64,000 bases of DNA from Bugula neritina. Lineage: Eukaryota > Animalia > Bryozoa. Position 1 is the first letter of the stretch. The number at the start of each line of letters is the position of its first letter. The translations under genes were made by a program, and so were the position numbers. Shown here piece by piece: positions 57,201-64,000 of this stretch. The stretch spans positions 4,578,722 through 4,642,721 of the forward strand of contig OZ037766.1 of NCBI GenBank assembly GCA_964035545.1. Reading direction: 5' to 3'. The notes below the pieces were generated by a model. That model was not told the DNA's origin and searched no databases. It worked only from the letters and a program-made list of their open reading frames with translations.

Positions 57201-60200
57201 TTAAAAGATACAGAATTCTCATTATAAAAGTTGCATCGTCATGTTTTATGCTTATAATATAATAATAATTCAACATGTTTGGTGTGTTGATAACCAAGAA
57301 GATAGAAATATTTTCATAGGTAAATAGTCAACTATACAATTAGGCCACTCTTAACTCAATAACGGGCAGACAATAACATATTGCTATAATAAGCAAAATG
57401 GCTATGCTCCCAGGCTTTTTCTTGCAACTCTCTATGTGGGTGTGCTACAACAAAGTTTTTAACACAACGCAACTTTTTAAAAGCTGAAATTTTAAAATAT
57501 CAATCTTGAGTCAAATATGCAGTTGGTGTTGGTTGTATATTATATATCTACATTAGTTTGAAGGGAGAAAGTTTCTCCTTTTCAAGTGCAAGAAACTGCT
57601 CTATTTCCAAAAGGAGAGACTATTATACTGTCAAAAAATTATTAAATTTTTGAATAGACATTAAAAAGAGCATTTGTAAGTACACTGCAGCAATTATCTC
57701 CACTTACTTTTCGATAACAGCCAAATCCAGAAGCACACTTCACCTCATCTTCATCACAAATACCTACAGAAAAGTTTACACCAATCAAAAGAACGCTTTA
57801 AGTTACATCTCTTCAGAGTTTAACCTTGACAGCATCTCAAACTCAGAAATGCAAGATTTTCATGTTAACCACTTCCTCTAAGCCATCAATAAATTATTAT
57901 AACATTTACTTTTGTCATAAATTTTCTCTTATACAAATATAAAGAATTAATTAAAAATGACTTAATAATAGCAATTTATTGTATCACATTTCAGATGTAT
58001 GGCTTTTTCAAAAATCTTGGAACATACTGTCGCTAGGCAACCACTAGTTTACACAAACGACATGCAAGTATTCTGCACATTTAAAGACTTTCTCTCATTG
58101 ATAATAAATAAGAGGCTCTACCAAATTTGGCTAAAGATATATGCATCAAAATATAAACTTTTAAGGAAAAAATGCATCGCATATATGTATTATGCTAAGT
58201 TGAATTATTCCAAAACTGCACAATTTTTACAACTGTTCGCTTTCCCACATAGTGGATATATTTTTTAGCCTGTAAGAATATGTTTAAAGCATAAAAATAC
58301 TACTTAGAGTATCAAGTCTTCTAATATAAAACCCCTGAAGGTAGAAGACCTCTAACAGTATACATACAGTGCATCTCATCTTTAGGCGGTGAGCTTGCAT
58401 GTTTACCGGGCAAGAGAGGACAATCCCTGTAGCCATCACAAACAAATGATGATGGAATGCAGTGGCCGTTACCACAGTTGAACTCATTCCCTCTACAGGC
58501 TGCAGCGGCTGTAGGAAACAAACATAATATGTACAGTGAAATTTAACATCTTAACAAACTACATGATGTAAATAAATGTGTCGTTTCAAATCAATATTCT
58601 AATTATGGCTACATTGATAGGTACAGGAAATGTACTACAATAAAATTATTACACATGTTCTTGAAAAGTTGCTGTTAAATAAATTGAATGCAAATATATT
58701 TTATTCAAAATACAGCAAGCTAATGTAAAATGATTATACTGATATAAGGCTACAAAAGTATCAGATATACAGCAGGTAGTTAAGCAGTAAGCAATAGTAA
58801 TACTGTATAAGACCATGCTCTAAATGCTTATCAAGGACATAAACTTAGCCAGCCAACCAACCTAATGACCACAACTTAAGAAAAACCTTTCTGGCAGCAT
58901 GTAGCAGACACTTGGCAGCTATAGCTATGCATGCACATATCATTGGGACATTCTAATTAAAGATATGTTCAAAACTACAGGTATATACTGTACATATATT
59001 AAGCAGTTTATAGGGTACATACTGTACATATCAAGCAGTTCATAGGGCATATACTGTACATACATTAAGCAGTTCATAGGGCATATACTGTACATATATT
59101 CACCCTTCACCCGAACCAATCAAGCTATACATGAAGCAGCAGCATAAACAGCAACAGCAGAGAGCCATCACATAGCTGGGTGTACTTACACTGAATAGAC
59201 TATGGTCCAAAGAAAATGATGAGTGCAAAGAGTGGTGAGAGGAGATATAGGAGAGTGAATAAGCAGAGTGAAACAAAATTAGTCTACACAGCTAAACTGC
59301 AGCCATTGCCTCGACTAATCTATAAAACTCAATAAATTTTTATATTCAAATCAATTAATAAATAACTTTTATTTGGTAACAAAATGGAATTTATAAAAAT
59401 ATTACATAAAATTACAAGTTTTAAAAATGAAATAATGTTGATGCTTTTTTAATCTTAGATGATGAATAAACACGAAAATAACATCTAACTTTTTACACCA
59501 GCCAAACATCTAGGTAGACATTTGAATTCCAGTTTATGCTCAGAATGAAGCATATAATTTTTTATAAAATAAAACTGTCTGTATAACTAATACAACATGC
59601 TACAACAACACACAGTAGCACCTCTGGTACAATCACATGGGCTACTTGTGAGAGAAATAAACGTAATAGCATGATTGAGAGATCTAAGTTTATAAGGTGA
59701 AGATATTTTAGCCTATTCGAGCGAGAAACTCAAAAATAGAACCGGGAGTTGTGGTAGAGAGATTTGACCAATAGTTATCTGAAACAAAATGCGACAAAGA
59801 TTTTTTAAATCAATCAAAAGAATACCAATATTTTTCAATTTGAAACTAATATGGACGCTGATCTCGAAACACATTTTTTTTAAGCATAAATTCTTCAGTC
59901 TCGCAATACTTTTAAGCTATAAAATAAAATATTTCAGTGAGATTACAAATACTGTCGAAAATTGTTTGGAATCAATAAGATTAGTGGTTATGAAAATACT
60001 AGAATTTGAATCACCCACCACACATGACTGCCTCTTCGTCGGAGCTGTCGTCGCAGTCGGGGGCATTATCACACAGGAATTCTTTGTATATACATTCGCC
60101 ACTTCCGCACTCAAACTGGTCACCAAAGCAACCTACAGGGGAAAGTAGTTATACTTATATCTCATGCAAAATACAGGAGTTGTCTTTCCATGCACATCAC

Positions 60201-63200
60201 GTACACATAAAAGGAAATTTTTCAATGAGATTAGAAATACTTACAATATTCAAAATAGTGTAAAAGTTATAGAAAAATAGAATAAAAATAACATCAAAAC
60301 CGCTTATCATTTTTGCTAGTTTAGGTGAAGAGCTTTTTTCAGAAAAATTAAATAAGTGAAACAGATTGTTTACTATTTGGTTAGTTTTTAAACTGTTTTG
60401 TATAGAAAAATTCCACCTAGTATAAATGAAATTCAAATTTTCACTACAAAATAAAATGATGTGCAAGAGATAGCTGTTATCTTGATTTCCATAATGTCAC
60501 AAAGTTATAAATTGGAAAATTGGAACAAAGTTATAAAAATAAATTTACAAATAGAGATAACAGAACAATGCTTATCAGCATAGCTGTGAGGAAAACACTC
60601 TTCAATGTTTTTAAAAATAGTAAAATAGTTTGCAAAACAAAATTTTATCTGTTACACATATTTTTATGGAATTACACAAAACAAAATTTTGATATCACTA
60701 AGTATGCTTATATTTATAATTTTCTGGCCTGTTCACATTTTTTCACCAAAAACAGATTATACGTGATCATGGTTGCTGAAACTACTAAACGTGACTCATG
60801 TTTGACGAGTCTAAAAATGTTTAAAGAGACATATCTTTAATATAAACATTAAAAAAAAACAAAGCACTTGCCGAAACTCATTTATTTCATCATGCTTGCA
60901 TTTTTGACTATCAGTTTTTAAACAGTTATGTTTCTATGAAAACATATTGTGCCAATGTAGACATTCATTATATTGCATGTTGCGGCTCATTTACTGTTGT
61001 TTATAAAGAGAAGGCAACTCCTTAAATTTTAAAATAACACTTTCTATGGGGGCTTTCAAGTTACATCTATCGTTGAATATTAAAACTCTATAAGATTCAT
61101 GTTTATAAAATATGACCACATTTTTCAACCATGAATAAACAATAACTCTAGATTTGACATACCTTGTTTAGTAGCAGGTGGAGGTAACTGGACACAAACG
61201 TTAGGATCATCACTTTGTGGGAAATCATCACAAGTAAACGGGAATCTAAACTGCATGTGATCCATCCAATAGCCGCAGTCAAAGGCCACAGCTGTAATGA
61301 GTACGAAACATTTAGTATAATTAGAATGAAATTAGTAAATTAGTAAGACAAATTAAAACTCTTATCATGAAATAACTGCTAATCACAAATTGCAAAGTAA
61401 AATGGTAAGGTTTATTATAAACAAGCCACGAAAGATATCAATGTAAAACCAGTTTTAAGAGTAAATATATGTTCAAAATTGTATACATAAACTTCCAAAT
61501 TATCCTGCTATTTCTATCTAATTGCATTGTAACTCACTAATAATAAACATGTGAAGGCAGTATAATCGAAAATATTATTTAGAAAACAAAAAATCTTGGT
61601 GCTTGATGGCAACAGCCTTATCACACTTACTTTCACACAGGTCTTTACATGGTGGAATAGGGCCAGTTCCTTCTGCATTGCATTCTGGGACAGCCAGAGC
61701 ACAGCCAAAAGCTTGCAAAGACGGGTTACACTGGGGCATATTACTATGAGCATACTCAAACTGTCCCACAAACCAAGCAGCCGTCGACTGAAATAAACCA
61801 TCACCATTACAACATACTTTCTTTGTTATGCTACAGAAGAAGCATGATCAGTATATTGGCAATAAAATATTAGATAAGTTTCAACTCAATACAAAATATT
61901 GTAGACGTGACTGTCACCTGATGAGTCTGGTTAAAGTAATTTGGTAGGTACGTCGTGTTGTAACCCAAATGTTCACAGAAACCAATCTTCAACTCTTGGC
62001 AACCCAACTCAGAACTCTGGCCAGCTGCAAACACACATGTTATAGGTCATACAATCACAGAACAAGGGATAATAACCATTAGCTATGATTGATGATCTAG
62101 TTTCACAGCTTGTCTATGCATAACAGAGTGTGCAAAGCTTCACTACATTCACCCTACCTAAGTAGCATATAAATAAATTACAGACAACATCTATATAATA
62201 AGAAACTATTAACTCTCACGTGAAGGAGGGGCTAAAGTGACTGTGGTGTGCTCTAGTTTGAAACACTCAGCATCGGGGTAGAGATAGTCGTCTAGTAACG
62301 TGTCGCAGTCAATCAGCTGGTCAATAGCTCGATCTTCACTAAACTCGTGAGCACATTTCGATCGAAACTCTACAATTCAACACATAATTTCCACAATCTA
62401 AACACACACAAAAATTTTTACATTTCAACCACTCAAACACTATTCTGTCTGTTAACACTAATAAGCTAAAATTGCCATTAGCACTGGCCAATGTGCAAAG
62501 CTTACCTCTGCACATGCTCTTGCATGGGAACACTGGGAACGAGAAGGAACCACATTGTGGGAGTGCATACTGACACAAGAACTCTGCTGCATGTTCATAA
62601 CACACATTGAACCTGTTTAAACCATTCTACAAAACAGATGCAACGCTGCACAGTTGTGATGTAATAAATTGCAATTATTCATTATCTGCTCTTGGAAGTT
62701 GGAGCATTACTAACAGTACTAGTATGAAATATTGTTCATAGTATATACAGCAGATGAAAAGCACATGCTGCATCATCTTGTGGTATCCATGCACCATCTA
62801 ATTTTCGATTTAAATGTCATCTAACATCTAACATAAGCATTGTAAATTCTATAAGTTGCAATTGAATCAACTAAGTCCAAAAATCTAGGTATTAGATTCC
62901 TGCTTCAAGTTTCGAAAAAAAATTATTTTATTTGCACTATAAACAAATAATTCTTTTAACCAACTTATATATTTATTAAAATCTTTAAGATTCACATAAA
63001 ACATAGTATGCCTGTGATATCATGGTCATGTACTGACTAAATGCACCTACCACATCGCAAGGTTGTAGGTAGTACAGTGTAAGACTATACCTACCACATT
63101 GTAACACTATTCTTACCACACTGCAAGGCAGCACTTACTACAGTGTAGAACTATACCTACTACAGTGCAAGATTGCAACTAGCACACTGTAACACTGTAC

Positions 63201-63391
63201 CTACTACAGTATCTACCACACTATAACACTGTACCTACTACACAGCTAAACTGTTCTTACCACAATGTGAGGCATAATCAGCTGTTGACTGTCAAGTGTA
63301 GACACTGTGTTGATACGAGACTCTCCGAGAGGAGCCTTGCATTCTTCTATCGTGATTTCAGTGTTGCAGCTTACCTCTGGCAACCTCTCAA
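45249..63391 (-). CDS. Large modular extracellular protein with 6 Frizzled-type CRDs, 14 LDLa repeats, 2 EGF and an S/T/W-rich tail (5' end beyond the window)
   Basis: Exons: 63391-63261, 62626-62506, 62369-62220, 62024-61918, 61787-61631, 61291-61163, 60132-60019, 58508-58368, 57763-57708, 57176-56978, 56705-56590, 56415-56286, 55818-55558, 55300-55062, 54399-54252, 53752-53612, 53190-52957, 52277-52173, 51727-51608, 51470-51327, 50858-50730, 50399-50145, 49602-49453, 48855-48598, 48164-48027, 47624-47514, 47086-46953, 46618-46544, 46244-45879, 45260-45249 (last exon less certain). All join in frame. LDLa motifs CDG..DC.DGSDE, Fz motifs YN.T.LPN/FPN...C....P.C.....PC...C, EGF CQNGGTC..C.C..GFSG..C. 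Confidence 0.85.
45540..45830. repeat. Degenerate (TATAG)n-like low-complexity tract
   Basis: Short TATAG/TAGCA units in the last intron of the Fz/LDLa gene. Confidence 0.8.
47305..47462. repeat. 44-bp tandem repeat, about 3.5 copies
   Basis: TATTCTACCCTTGTGACATCATACGTCTATGTATTC at 47306, 47350, 47394 and partially at 47438. Confidence 0.9.
52690..52965. repeat. 43-bp minisatellite, about 6.5 copies, containing the exon end and 5' splice site
   Basis: Unit CCTTCTGGGAGGTCTAGTATGACACAGCACATATCCACACATA, period 43. Confidence 0.95.
58980..59100. repeat. About 33-bp tandem repeat, 3-4 copies
   Basis: CATATACTGTACATAT..AAGCAGTTCATAGGG units. Confidence 0.8.
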
Positions 63392-63399
63392 CTGTAATC

Positions 63400-63660
63400 A
63401 GCAGTAATAACAGTGTATATATGTTTCTAGCAGTAATAACAATGTATGTAAGTTCTTAGTAGTGACATAAGTATACATACGCGTAAGTTTCTAGTAGTAA
63501 TAACAGTGTATATCAGTTTTTAGTAGTAATAACAGTGTATATCAGTTTTTAGTAGTAATAACAGTGTATATCAGTTTTTAGTAGTAATAACAGTGTATAT
63601 CAGTTTTTAGTAGTAATAACAGTGTATATCAGTTTTTAGTAGTAATAACACTGTATATAA
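63400..63660. repeat. About 29-bp minisatellite (TAGTAGTAATAACAGTGTATATCAGTTTT)
   Basis: Several identical units at 63491-63655, with degenerate copies toward 63400 next to an acceptor. Confidence 0.9.
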
Positions 63661-64000
63661 ATTTTCAGCAACAGGTAATGATATATTGCTATACATCTTA
63701 CTTCATATGAAATGAAAGTAAGTAGCTATTTTGACACAGAGATTAATTTATAAGCCATACTAGCGGAATTAACTATCTAATGCTTATATTATTCTCACAC
63801 TAAGAAACAGTGTTGGCATTAAAGTAAAACCTTAAAACGCTTATGCTCTGTCTAATCTTATGAATCTTATCCTGTGTGGAGTAATTTATTGTGTAAAATA
63901 AAAGCCAATAAGGTTTCTAAATTATCTAAGACATAATTATCACTTTAGTAACTATCTATAACTATTAGTAATATGACACAGACTATCCACTATAAGCTCA

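Noticed and set aside
45249-63391. Calling the Fz/LDLa gene corin, LRP or Frizzled
   Set aside because: No SRCR, trypsin, YWTD propeller or 7TM sequence was found in the window, so no symbol is assigned.

Overview
AT-rich, intron-rich animal genomic DNA. It looks like a compact invertebrate genome, possibly lophotrochozoan, but that is a guess. It is not prokaryotic, and most ORFs in the supplied track are exon fragments or noise. Six spliced genes can be reconstructed by hand with GT-AG introns and consistent phases: (1) a 5'-truncated C-terminal-motor kinesin-14, KIFC3-like (+, to 7604); (2) a FAM8A1-like RDD protein (-); (3) CRELD (-); (4) a CECR2-like DDT/WHIM/bromodomain protein (-); (5) a Shaw/Kv3 potassium channel (+); (6) a 5'-truncated large cysteine-rich extracellular protein (-) built from repeated [Frizzled-CRD x2, LDLa x5, EGF] modules, with no protease or transmembrane domain at its C-terminus. 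The main highlights are that modular Fz/LDLa protein, a hidden 11-nt exon that would give CRELD a soluble KDEL isoform alongside the membrane isoform, an ERSE-like element upstream of CRELD, and an unusual dinucleotide-phased sequence confined to the 5' introns of three adjacent genes. Smaller items include a minisatellite that copies a splice donor seven times and a foldback element in TA microsatellites. All gene models are manual and lack transcript evidence.
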